Below, one piece after another: positions 25,824-37,172 of a DNA stretch of 64,000 nt. Position 1 is the first letter of the stretch. Each line of letters begins with the position of its first letter. The notes under the pieces are model-generated. The model ran no database searches and had not been told where the DNA came from. It saw only the letters and a list, made by a program, of their open reading frames with translations. Position numbers and translations under genes: made by a program. The DNA is from Vitrella brassicaformis CCMP3155 (taxonomy: Eukaryota; Protista; Chromerida): positions 1 through 64,000 of the forward strand of contig CDMY01000289.1 in the NCBI GenBank assembly GCA_001179505.1, given 5' to 3'.

Positions 25824-26778
25824 CATTATCGTGCAGCTCTATGTATGTGCCCGTGAGGGTCTCGATCACGCTGCGATAGATGCCGTCGTGAGCTGTGAGG
25901 GCGCGATCCAGCGAAGGCGGCAGGCTCCGCACGTCACCCTCCCCATCCCTCTCGTCCGGCGGCCAGTCGTCCATATGTTCCAGAGGGTCATCCGGGGCAT
26001 AGTCTCGCGAGCGAATGCTTGGTCGGTCGGGGTGGTTGGCGGTGGCTGTAGGGGGCTGTGGTGCTGCCTCATGCCGGCTGTGATCTCGGTTGAGGGGTGT
26101 GGGGTTGAGAGGGGCCATGGTGGGCGCCACAGGGAGAGGGGCCCGGCCGGTCCGCACTCGCTCCTGCGGCACCGGCGGCCGCAGGATGATCGGCATAGAA
26201 TGCTGCTGTTGCTGCTGTGGCGGGGCCACCGATGGCTGCTGCTTCGGTGCAGCGACGAGCAAAGAGGAAGCCGGTGGGGCAGTGAGGGGGTTGGGCGGTG
26301 CCATAGGGTCTTTGGCAGCACTTGCGGCAGTGGATGCGGGGTTGACGGGCGGCTGGCTGCCTGAGGGGCCTCCCTCAGCTCCCTCTGGCCGTGAGCGAAC
26401 CTGCAGCTGTAGCAGCAGCAGCAGCAGCAGCAGCAGAGAGGGTGGTGTGGTGTTGTGAGTGCACGTGTGGTGTGGTGGCGTACGCACTTGGCGTCTGTGC
26501 ATGTGCCGTTCATGAAGCCCCGGCACAGGCGGGTCTTTCTCAAATCGGGCCTCGTGCGCAACTCCTCCTGGGGGCACACGCACACACGGCTCAGCGGCTG
26601 TGTGCGGCTCTCAGCGGCTCAAGCCTCTCTTCAGACAGCTCACCTCGCCGTGCGCGTATGTGCACTTGGCTCCGCGGGCGCACTTGCCCTCCTGCCAGTG
26701 CTTGCAGATGACAGTCTTGTACAAGAGCGAATTTTCCTGCACCTGCCTCTCGCCATTCCTTCCGCCTTCCTCAGCCAT
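25824..26778 (-). CDS. Tandem CCCH zinc-finger protein, 5' exons
   Basis: YKTVICKHWQEGKCARGAKCTYAHGE (C-x7-C-x5-C-x3-H), then RKTRLCRGFMNGTCTDA-NCRFAHG (C-x7-C-x4-C-x3-H); ATG at 26778. Confidence 0.85.
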
Positions 26779-26986
26779 CGCCGACGTGTGCCGCGCCCTG
26801 AATGAGTCAACCAGGCCGCATTCACAATGTTCACTCATGCCAGTGGACTCATCCCCTTTCCCCCGACTAACCGACCATGGCAGCGAACACAGTGACCGTC
26901 GGCTGATGAATTATCTATCCAGCGAAGGACAGCGTATCGCCCACCGCAACCAGTGCGATGTCAGGCTGCCCTCTTGTTCTCCTCCT

Positions 26987-27019
26987 CTTCTTCTTCTTCT
27001 TCTTCTTCTTCTTCTTCTT
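26987..27019 (+). repeat. (CTT)11 microsatellite in the CCCH/FRA10AC1 promoter spacer
   Basis: Uninterrupted CTT run. Confidence 0.95.
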
Positions 27020-27027
27020 CCCGTCGG

Positions 27028-27037
27028 GCGAGCTCAA
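27028..27037 (+). promoter_or_regulatory. GCGAGCTCAA motif in the CCCH/FRA10AC1 divergent promoter
   Basis: Matches the recurring motif. Confidence 0.55.
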
Positions 27038-27144
27038 ACCTCGGCTCGCAAAGGGCCCTCCCTGAAACCCCTCTACTCGTGGAAATAACCATTCAGCTGG
27101 ACCGCAAGCATTGTGTGGATCCACTTCTTCCTTCATTTGGCGTC

Positions 27145-28519
27145 ATGAAGCGCAAGAACGACTTCACTCAGGCGCACCGTGCGCCGCCGTACGACAAGGA
27201 CTTCCGCCACCCGCCACAGTCATCCGCCGCATCCCACATGCCGCCCGCAGACAAACGCCCGTCCACCATGACGCGTGACAGATTCGTGGCGCCCGCCAGG
27301 AAGCCAGACTTCGTGCAGTCGGCTGTGAAGGCTCGTGCGTACGAGACGCGCCAGGAGTGGATGTCGATGGATGCGTACCAGCGGCATCAGCTGCTGATGC
27401 GGTGGGTGGGCGGGGGAGCTGGTGGTGGTGGGCAGCAGGGGAGCGAGAAGCGGGCCAAGACGGACTATGACGCGCTGCGGGAGAACCATAGATTTCTTCG
27501 GACAGAGGTGAGCTGAGCGGGGAGGGAGGGAGGGGAGGGCATAGCGTGGTGGCATACGTGTGTGTGTTTCACTGTGCGTGTCCATGTCTGTCCGTGTGTG
27601 TGTGTGTGTAGGCTGATGACGATGGGAGTTGGGAGGCGCGACAGGCGAAGCGCTACTACGACAGGCTGTTCAAAGAGTACGTCATCTGCGACCTGACAAG
27701 ATACAAATCGAACCAGGTTGGTGACGACACACACAGACCGACAGACACGGACACACACACGGACGAAGCCAAGCCAGACATCTGTGTGTTGCCTTGCCTG
27801 TATCCAGGTCGGCTTCCGGTGGCGGACCGAGGCCGAGGTGGTGCAGGGTGTGGGTCAGTTCCGGTGCGGCAACAAGCACTGCGACAAGCGGTTCAACATG
27901 CGCACTTACGAGGTCCACTTCAGATACAAAGAAGCAGGCGCAATCAAAGAGGTAGGGACGTCACCTGCCGTGCACTCGTGTTTTTCCCTCACTCTCTCTC
28001 TCCGTTGCTATCAGGCGCTGGTGAAGGTGCGGCTGTGCCCCCGCTGCGCCTACAAGCTCAACTATCGGCACATCCAGGCGGCCAAGAAGAAGGCCAAGAA
28101 GGAGTCGAGGCGCGCTAGACGGGCAGGCAAGGACGCCAAGCCTGAAGGGGAGGGGCAGGCAGAGCCAGTGGTGGTCAAGGAGGAACCAGAGAGCCCGTCT
28201 GGCGGGGAAGCCGAAGCCGAAGACGAGAATGAGAACGAGGCAGCGGGCGAGGCGGAGGAGAGGGAGCCGCCGGAGACCGAGAAGGACATGGACGAGGTGA
28301 GTGAGTGCCGTGGGGAGGGAGGGATGGGGGGGAGAGATGGCGTGTGCACATTTGGCCTCCTCTGTTGTGTGTGGTGTCGTGTTGTGTTGTGTTGTGTTGT
28401 GTTGTGTGCAGCTGACATTGCGTGAGCTGGAGGAGCGTGCGTGGAAGGGTCCGAGGGAGGAGGCCACGCGCACGCGGGAAGACGAGATGGACGACTTCTT
28501 CAGAGACTTGATACTCTAG
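27145..28519 (+). CDS. FRA10AC1: FRA10AC1 homolog (spliceosome-associated)
   Basis: KTDYDALRENHRFL, WEARQAKRYYDRLFKEYVICDLTRYK, GFRWRTEAEVVQGVGQFRCGNKHC, YEVHFRYKEAG, ALVKVRLCPRCAYKLNY. Confidence 0.92.
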
Positions 28520-29051
28520 CAGACGTCACATCGACGCATGGCGTGTGTGTGTAGGGATCGGATCGTGCAAAGCGTTGTGGATAGCCATGTCTGTCTGTGG
28601 GAGTGTTCTTTGTGTCACTACAGACTGACATCCTTTCGACACACACTGATGGAACTGCCTGCCGGTGGTCAATCGCCATTCGATGACAGACAGAGTGTGG
28701 CCGTTCGCTCATATGCCAGCCGGTCGGCTACTGAGCGAACCAGTCAATCAAGTCGACACACAAAGACGCACACACAAAGTCAGTCAGTCGGCAGAACAGG
28801 GGTTCTGTGCTGTACACCCACATGCAGGCAGGCAGGCCGAGAGAGAGAGATGCATTCATTGGGCGGAGGGATGAAAAAGCCCTAGTTAGTATGCACACAG
28901 ACAGACAGACAGACAGTCGCCACGCATCATGCCATGGATCATCGCATCAGGCAGAGAGAAAACAAAACAAAATCGGCACACAAAACCATACACACACGAA
29001 GGAAGGAATCTAGCGCCGGCCGCTTTGCAGCACTGACAAATGCTTGCTCCC

Positions 29052-30294
29052 TCACTGCGCCTTTATGTCTTCCGCCGTTGTCACCCCAGCACCGTCCTCC
29101 TCGCCGCCCTTTTCCCTCTTCAGCTTGTGCCGCTTGCTGAGGTTCTTCCGTATCCTCTGTGCCGTCCACCAGATCTGCAGCAGGTAGAGGGCGGCCATCA
29201 TGGCCGAGTAGGCCCAGTGGTGCCTCATCGCCACATAGCTCGTGGCCGCAAAACACACCAGCCGGCCCACATACCAGGTGGCGACCTCCAGGCCATTGAC
29301 GTGCGGCGCCAAGGGGGTGCTCTGCACATACGGCCGCACCATCCGCAGGCTGCTGTTGAGCTCCACGACGCTCACGGTGATGCTGTTGACGATCTTCTCC
29401 CACTCCTCAAAGTGCATCAGGGCGTACGCGAAGAGGCCGGCGCAGCAGAGGTGGTGCAGGACGATCTGCCAGACGCCCCCGATGCGTGTGACCGAGGGGT
29501 CGGCGCACACCCACACACACTCGATCAGCAGGTAGAGGACCAGCAGGCCGCCAGAGGCCTGGTAGTAACGGGGCAAAACAAACGAGAGGAGCGCGCCGAC
29601 GATGAACTGGGCATTGTAGAGGACCGCATAGATGTGATTCGCACGCAGACCCTAAAGGACAGAGTCCACACACAGGCACACAAACACACACGCACACAGA
29701 GTGTGTGTGTGTCCATCCCTCCCCTCTGAGTGGGCGGTGAGCGCACCTTGATGGTGCCGTTGAATGACTGCGACAGCGCCCTGTCCCAAGCGCCTATGGC
29801 CCCGATAGCCAAACACGCGTGCAGCACGATCGCCACACACGGCCCTATCAGACCGCTGTGCCACCCCTCCTCCAGTATCTCATACAACACTATCTGCAAC
29901 ACAAACACACACACACATACAAGCAACCAGCTCATGAGATCTATCTCCCCAGCTGGCTTTCCTTATGTGTGTCCACCCACCCCCACCTGCGGCCATATGA
30001 CGTTGAATGCCACAACAAACAGGAGCATCTCGACTATCTCCCAGTTGCTGGCGTTCTCCCCGACGCGCGACAGCAGCTTCAGCGACCCATACGGCAACAT
30101 GTACACCAACACTGGAAGCCCACAAGACAGCAGGCTCACTGAACACGGACAACAGCAGCATAGATACCATCATCACGAGGATCACGAGGATATGGGATGT
30201 ATCCTTTGTTTCTCCTACGTGAGTGTCGTGTTTCGCTGATGCGTGTGGCAAGGCCCGCGAAGAAGGCCATCAGAGAGGCGCGTGTCAGACCCAT
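29052..30294 (-). CDS. TLC (TRAM/LAG1/CLN8) domain multi-pass membrane protein
   Basis: IVLHHLCC...VVELNSSL...GRLVCF...LYLLQIWWTAQRIRK pattern; several TM segments; exons join in frame from MGLTRASLMAFF. Confidence 0.65.
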
Positions 30295-30324
30295 CTTAGG
30301 CCGGGAGATCTCTCCTCCTTCTGC

Positions 30325-30334
30325 TGAGCTCGCA
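30325..30334 (-). promoter_or_regulatory. TGCGAGCTCA motif (reverse strand) upstream of the TLC gene
   Basis: tgagctcgca on the + strand, about 33 bp from the TLC ATG. Confidence 0.55.
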
Positions 30335-30368
30335 AAAGAAGAGAAGACTCCCAAGAAAGGTGGGCTGA

Positions 30369-30851
30369 ATGCATGCCTCACGTCTTGTGTCTTCCTGTGT
30401 GATTTCGTGCTGCCTCCGGCGAGAGGAGCGGCGCGGCTTGCTGCCTAGCATCATCCACGGCAGCGACCTCAGGCACACTGTTTGCACACTGTCGAAAAGA
30501 CCACTTGCAGAAGCGAGTAAGCACGAAGGCCTGCAGGAACGTCCCCATGTGTGTTTCACACGCGTGTCGTGTCGTGTGTGTGGTGTCTGCAGGCAACCAC
30601 ATCGCTCGGAACGGCAGCCGCGACAAGTCCGTTATCGACACCAACGCCAACCATCGCTCAGCAGTTCTCGTCAACCAAGAGTGCGACACCACCATGCAAT
30701 CGATACCCACCCATCCATCCACGTCTGCACCATGTTTGTGTGTGTCAGGTTCAACCGTGAGGCGTCCATCGCCCATCATGGGGACGGCCGACAGTCAGCA
30801 GGTGCAACAATCCAACAATGGGACGGACGAGGGCGGCCGGCGGAGGGCTGA
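30369..30851 (+). CDS. Small spliced hypothetical protein (~125 aa)
   Basis: Three exons join in frame across two GT-AG introns with TG-rich 3' ends; no known domain. Confidence 0.35.
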   Translation: MHASRLVSSCVISCCLRREERRGLLPSIIHGSDLRHTVCTLSKRPLAEASKHEGLQERPHVCFTRVSCRVCGVCRQPHRSERQPRQVRYRHQRQPSLSSSRQPRVRHHHAIDTHPSIHVCTMFVCVRFNREASIAHHGDGRQSAGATIQQWDGRGRPAEG

Positions 30852-31170
30852 TGGGGCTGCTGCTGGGCTGGTGGTGGGACAGGACAGCTGGGGAGAGAGA
30901 GATAGATGGAATGGATGGACAGGCGGATATGTCTGAGTGAGGGACGTGACGCGTGTGTACACACAGATATGAGGCAAAGTCGATTCATTTGTCAGTTTGA
31001 TCGATTCAACCCATCCCTCACTCACGAAGACACGGACAGATGTACATCGACATGGCCAGTCAGGCCGTATCCATCCTTCATGTCGTGGGTCAAGTCACGG
31101 ACACTGCTTGCATGTTGGCACCACAAAAACGACGCCGGATATAAAATGTAGGCAACGATGATGTGTGCCG

Positions 31171-32800
31171 CTACAGCCCGCCTCTCTCCTTCCTCTCCTC
31201 CCTCTCTCTAATGTCGGTTTCACGCGGCCGCCGACTTATCACCTTTCCTTGCGGTTGATGGCCGCTGATCGAAGCAAACAAGCAAAAAGTCAATCCATCA
31301 CACAAATGTTTTCTTGCCGAGGCTATGGGCTGCTCACCGTCCCAATACTCTGCCAGTTTGTGATACTTGTGCTCCTGTGTGGCTTCGGTGACATGTTCAT
31401 CTGAAATGAGAGAAAGTACACGATGACATGTCAGCGGCCCTTCGAGCTGCTCACTGTGTATCTCAGGTCTTTGTCTGTGATGCAGCTCCCGCGCAGCTCG
31501 TGGAGGCCCTTCAACATGTCCCGCTCCTTGTAGCCGATGGGCCTCTTGACCCCCACCACCAGCAGAACCAGGTCTTTCACGTAGCGCTTGTTCAGGGCTG
31601 TGGTGTCCATCTTGTCTTTCAAACACTGCTTGACGCTCCCCTGACGACACAAAGACGAACTCTCTCTCTCTCTCTCTGTGTGTGTGTGGGGGTGGGTGGG
31701 TGTGTCTGTGCAGTCAGCGCACGAAGACGTCGTTGGGGATGTCCCATATGGCCACGTCATAGTCTGTCGAGCCGACAACACTCAGGAACACTATCAAGAT
31801 CATTCATGTCTCGTGCCCATCCCTCGTACCGTCGAAATCGATGTCGTCCAGCAGCTGCACCAGCCGGGGCTGCATGGCCGGCAGGCCTCCCTCCTTCCTT
31901 TGCGGCGGCTCGTAGTCCTCGGTGTCGTCTGGGTCCGTGCGGGGGCGGCGCTCACGGCGGGGATGGCGACGGCTGCCGGGCTCGTACTCGTCGTCCTTGT
32001 CGGCCAATATGGCCGCGGCAGCCCGCGCTGAGCCGCTCCTCACGGGGGGGCGATCTGATGCATGATGGACACAGACGGACAGACAGACAGACAGACAGAG
32101 TGATAGTCGACTGTCTCACTTGTCTGTGTGCCCCAGCGTCGCGAGGGCCGATGGTCGTCGTGGCGCGGGCTGCAATCAATTGACACAGTCACGCGAGATC
32201 TCTGTATGAGCGGCATGATACTGTACGTACTGCTCACCTCTCAGCCCCTTCAAGCTGACCCTTGTACCCAGCCACGCGCAGGCGCGGGCTGTCCAGCTTT
32301 TGTCTCTCTTGCGTGCTGCTCGTGTGAGAGGAATTGTAGTTGGCTCGTCGCAGGCAAGTGAGCTGAGGGAGTTGGGGATGAGGCCGTCGACGTTAGATCA
32401 CGCTGGTACTTGCTGCTCGCCAGTTGATGGCGCCTCAGGCGCAGCAGCATCTTGCCATGGATCAGACAAAGACTCCGACAGCAGCTCCGACACGATGCCT
32501 TCGTCATTATCGTCCTTTACGTCGGCAGTCTTCTGCGGCCGCTTCTTCTCCTTGCCCGCGTTCTTTCTTCTTCTTCTTGCCCGCGTGCAGCCGCCAGCCC
32601 AGCTGCTTGCCCATCAGCATGATGGTGGCAGACGACGACAACATCTTCTCGAGATGCTATCGCGTGTGTCTCGTGTCGTTTTGTGTGTCTCGTGTTGTGT
32701 CGAGGAGCCGGCAACAAAAGTCCCAAGTCCTTGTCAAAAGCCTCTCGATCTCGTCCCAAAAAAACAAGCCGTGTAACCCAGAACCGACCTGGTAAAGCTG
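31171..32800 (-). CDS. Hypothetical multi-exon protein
   Basis: In-frame exon chain ...RHDDHRPSRRWGTQT|NRPPVRSGSAR...LLDDIDFD|DYDVAIWDIPNDVF|GSVKQCLKDKMDTTALNKRY...; 5' end uncertain. Confidence 0.4.
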
Positions 32801-33619
32801 GGCTTTAGCAATGGTACACCAATCGGGGTACCCACTATCTCTCGCGCTCTCTACAGAGGCAGCAGCTCAGAGTCTCTCCATTCTCTCCAGCCTGCTTTGT
32901 ACATGTGCCCTGCCTCCCCCCACGAACCGCCGCACAATCAGCTACAAGACCAGATCCACAACAAGCTGGCTCAGTGCAGCAGCGCCAACGCCCAGAAACG
33001 GTGTTCCAAGTGAACGTCCTCCCAGTCTGCTTTTCGGGCGCTGCAGCTGTTGGCGGCGAACAGTGCGAGGAAAGCACCGGCAAAAATCCAGTTGTCATCC
33101 GTGTCCGTCCGCGTGGAAGCTGCGAGGATGCAGACATTAATGAGGTCGTCGGTGTTAGGCGCAAAAAAAGAAAGAATTTCTTGTCCCCGCGGCGAGAATT
33201 CTCGCCAATGGTAAATTCACATTCGCACGCCCATCCCTTGTTTCTGCACAGTCGTCCTGCCATGCACCTTGTCTACACAGACACGCAGGCAGGCAAGACG
33301 CACAAGAATGCCACGCACATCCCGCCCGCCACTCACTGTGGCATGTCGCATCTCAGAGGCCAAACCATATCCACACACACATACACACACATACTGCCAG
33401 CCGTCCATCAGTTGGCCACTGCAGGGCCCCAATGAGAAGAAGGGAACTGCACACGTGTCTTGAGGTGGTGCAGGAAGGCACGGAGATCGCTGAACTGAGG
33501 CCTGATGGACCAAGGAGGGAAGGCATCGACTCGTCGGCCGGTGCATCCAGCGTTCTCACTTGTAGCAGTTGAGCTGGGGGTGCCGATACACACGCGATGG
33601 GTCGACCGCAAAGAGCACC

Positions 33620-35870
33620 TCAACCTGTCAGCGGAGGGAGGCGTTTCTGGTCACACAAGGGTCTTGGTTCTCCATTCACTGCGACACTGCATACCTGTTT
33701 GGGCAGATGCTCTGTGATGGTATCCAGGAACAGCTCTAAAGTGGACCCCACCAGCTGCATGCAGACGAATGAACAACATCAGTGTGTGCACGATCCCTCC
33801 CTCCCTCCCTGCTGACCTTCCTCACCTCTTTGGTGTTTGCATAGTGCCGGTGCAGCGCCTCACGGACGCCCACCGACCGCTCAAACGTCAGGTTGCCACA
33901 CAGGTCGCGATACACAGGCAGCACGTCACCGTGTAAACTGATCCACAGACGCAAGATGCCTTCCACGCTCTTAATTGCACTCGACTCAAGGTGATGGCTG
34001 ACCTAATTGTGTGTGGATTTCTCATCTGCAGATCGAAGGCGCTTTGACGGCCGGTGGCGAGTACGTCCATGGAGTGGAGCGTGATGGCGTGTGCGAGGTA
34101 GTCGGGGCAGGTTAGGTCGAGGGGCAGGTCATCCAGCAGCATCACCTCACTGTCCAAGGTGAACTTGAGCAATGCCTGATGAACGTTCACGAAACAGGTG
34201 ATGCTGGCGGCACGTGATTGTGCATCTGTCGTCACTCACCTCGAGTGAGTCGCCATTGGTGAGTGAGGTGAAGGTGTCGTCGGCACCGACGCGAGCCACA
34301 TAGCTGCACCGCACCCATCCGGCCATCCAGCCAGCAATAAGTCGATCGATTTATCTGTTGCTTTTTCGCGCATCGCATCACGCACTCACCCACCCGATAT
34401 CATAGTGCACAGCGGGAAAGCCTCTCCGCGCAAACCACCGCAGCAACTCGCGACCAAGCCACTTGGTGTACCCATAACTGCAGACACACGCGCAGACACT
34501 CCCATAGAGACAGACACGGCGGCCCTCCCCTCCCCTCTGTGCTGTGCTGTGCTCACCGTACTTGTTGTACAAGCCCAACCGGCGCGGCGGACGGCCGTCG
34601 GCCTCATCAGCAACGGCCCTATACACGTCATGCAGCCGCGCCGCACAGCTACCGGCATAAAACACCACGGGCAGCCGCCCTCCCGCCCCCCCACTCCCCC
34701 AGGCAAACCGAATGACGTCCATCAGCCCACCCACATTCACGGCAGCCAACTCGTCCCACCCTAGGAAGAAATTGTCGATGGCGGCGAAGTGGTAGAGGGC
34801 GTGAAATCTACCGGCCGCGAGCGTCGCGAACGCATCCCCATCAAGACCAAAAGACGGGCGCGAAAGGTCCCCTGAGACAGGCTTGACACGAGCCCATTGA
34901 TCCGCAGAGAGGGACAGTCCATGCGATGAAAGGGCCGCCTGCAGCCGCTGGAGGGCCGTGTGGCCGTCCCGCGCTCGGACGAAGCAGCAAACCTCCTCTA
35001 TGCGACCCGTCTTGAGCAGCGAGACCAGCTGATGTGAGCCGAGGAAACCGGTGGCGCCGGTGACGAACACGCGATAGTGACTCTTCGCATCATCGAGGGG
35101 CCGCGGGGCGAGAGAGCTGTCTTGTGGGCAGGGGGCAAGGCGTCCTGTGAGGTGGAACAGCGCCTTCGCCAGCTGGCTGTCCTGGATAGCACGAAGGCAG
35201 CACCCATTCTCCCGGCTTCTTCTCGACTCTCCTCCCGTCGCGCTGTCCGCCGCCCCTCCACCACACAGCGGAAAGTGACCAGACTCCTCAACAGCCATCC
35301 GAAGTCTAGCTGTGGATCCAAGCGTCACATTGATGAGCGGAGGGGTCTCCTGCGGATCTGTGGACGGCGGCACGGCCAGAGGCGCAATGGATGCGGTCAC
35401 GCGCCCATTCTCCTGTGCGTCTTGAGCTGGTTTCCTCCGTGCTGGTGGGTAGACGAGTGCCAGAGGCATGCATGCGCCGTGTCGTCGTGTTGTGAGGGAC
35501 GGCTGTTGCAGTGGCAGCGAGGGAAGGAATGCATCGGTTGGCTTGGGAGGCAAGAAGACGCTTCGGAGAGAGGAGGCGAGAAAGGAATCAATCATCTAAG
35601 GCTCCGCAGACCATCCGGAGGGCCTCCTTGCTTCGAGCAATCCATGCCGGATGACGTCAGCAAGCTCAACCAATGCCCAGGGTTTGAAGACCGAAGAGTT
35701 GTGCAGGGTTTGTCACGACGGGGTGGCCAGACAGATAACATCGACTCAACTGCATGGTCACCATGTACCTGTGGGGGAGGGGGGTCGACACGCACATCCA
35801 GCTGTGGCATCAGGCAGCCTGACAACATGAATCATCGTCTCCCTATCTATCCAGGGCTCGCGCGCTGACG
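33620..35870 (-). CDS. Stand-alone thioester-reductase (NRPS/PKS R-domain-like, extended SDR) protein
   Basis: VFVTGATGFLGSH Rossmann motif, CFVRAR, VSGDLSRPSFGL, YHFAAIDNF, VNVGG, catalytic YGYTK (YxxxK), LDLTCPDYLAHAI; ends approximate. Confidence 0.8.
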
Positions 35871-36757
35871 CGACGAATCCCACTGAAAAACTGCCGAATA
35901 AACGTTTGCTCACACGCAAGGACACCAACGCGCACACACAACACACACGCCGACGTGACGAGTGGTCTCGGCCAGCCGCGTGAAGAAATGCCACAAATGA
36001 CGACCCAGCCAGTGAGAGGCCAGTGGGGCCCACGTGGGTATGTAAGGAAGGTGGATGGGATGGGAGTTATAAATAGGTACGAAAGCACACACGACGACTG
36101 ACTCATGGGCGGACTGGCCGGCCATGCTCCAGGCACGCAAAATTGGTGCGTCACTCACTCACTCAGTCCCTCACTCCCTCACGAGCGGCAAACACCGGTA
36201 GGTACCCGACAAACACGACGGTACACATACGGAAAGAATACATATGTACAGACGAGTGTATACTCACACAAACAGGCCGATGATCGATGGATCGATGGAT
36301 CGATGGATGAGTGCAGTGGAACCCAGTTAAGACAGCAAAAGCAGCAAATAGCAAGCAAGCGACGGGTGGTTGGGGCGCTATTCGCGCCCGAAAAGGCGGA
36401 CGCTTTTCTCTCCTGGGCCCGTGTGGCTGGCTCTCCATTGCATTCACTCCTCACTCACTCACCGCAGCGAGAGAAAAGCGTCCGCTCTCCCCTGCCCCCT
36501 CTCTCTTGCATTCACCCCTCTCCCTCCCTTGCCCTCCCCTGCGCCCCAGCAGCCAGCCGCCCGACCGACCGACAGTACATTTACAGTACATGGCCTGCCC
36601 CTCATTCCCCTCACTACCAACAGCCCAGCCCATCCCATCCCACCCTCACACACACGTGACACACACATATTGGCCGACGGACAGACACAGGCAGACAGAC
36701 AGACAGGCAGGGAGGGAGGAGGGAAAAGGCCAGTCGATCTATCGGTGGATCGATGGA

Positions 36758-37138
36758 TCACTCCCTTACAGTATCTCCCTCCTGCGCCCCTTTACTATTG
36801 CCGTCCCCGCGCCCCCTCCGCCGCCCCTCTCCCTCTATCGGCACATCGTCGACACGCTCATCCTCTCCACCATCGTCAGCCATACCCCCATCGGCCTCCA
36901 CATCTGCATGCCGATCTGCCGGCGGCTCCTCCTGCTGCTGCTGTTGTCTCTGTACCTGATGCTGCCTCCGTGCCAGTCTGAGTGGTGGGCGGTGGTTGTT
37001 GCTGTTGCGTTGTGGGTGTGTGTCGTCCTGCTCTCCCCTTTCTTTGATGATCAGCTGCAAGGGCAGCTGGGCGTCGAAGTCACATATCTCACCAGAGAAG
37101 GTCCGCCGGATGTAGCCGGGATCACAGCCCCTGCATCA

Positions 37139-37172
<34 letters not shown>

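Noticed and set aside
26987-27019. Trinucleotide repeat upstream of FRA10AC1, reminiscent of the human fragile-site CGG repeat
   Set aside because: Different repeat unit, and microsatellites are ubiquitous here; coincidence.
33085-33125. KNPVVIRVRP resembling a kinesin motor N-terminal motif
   Set aside because: No P-loop or switch motifs follow; chance match in a probably non-coding region.
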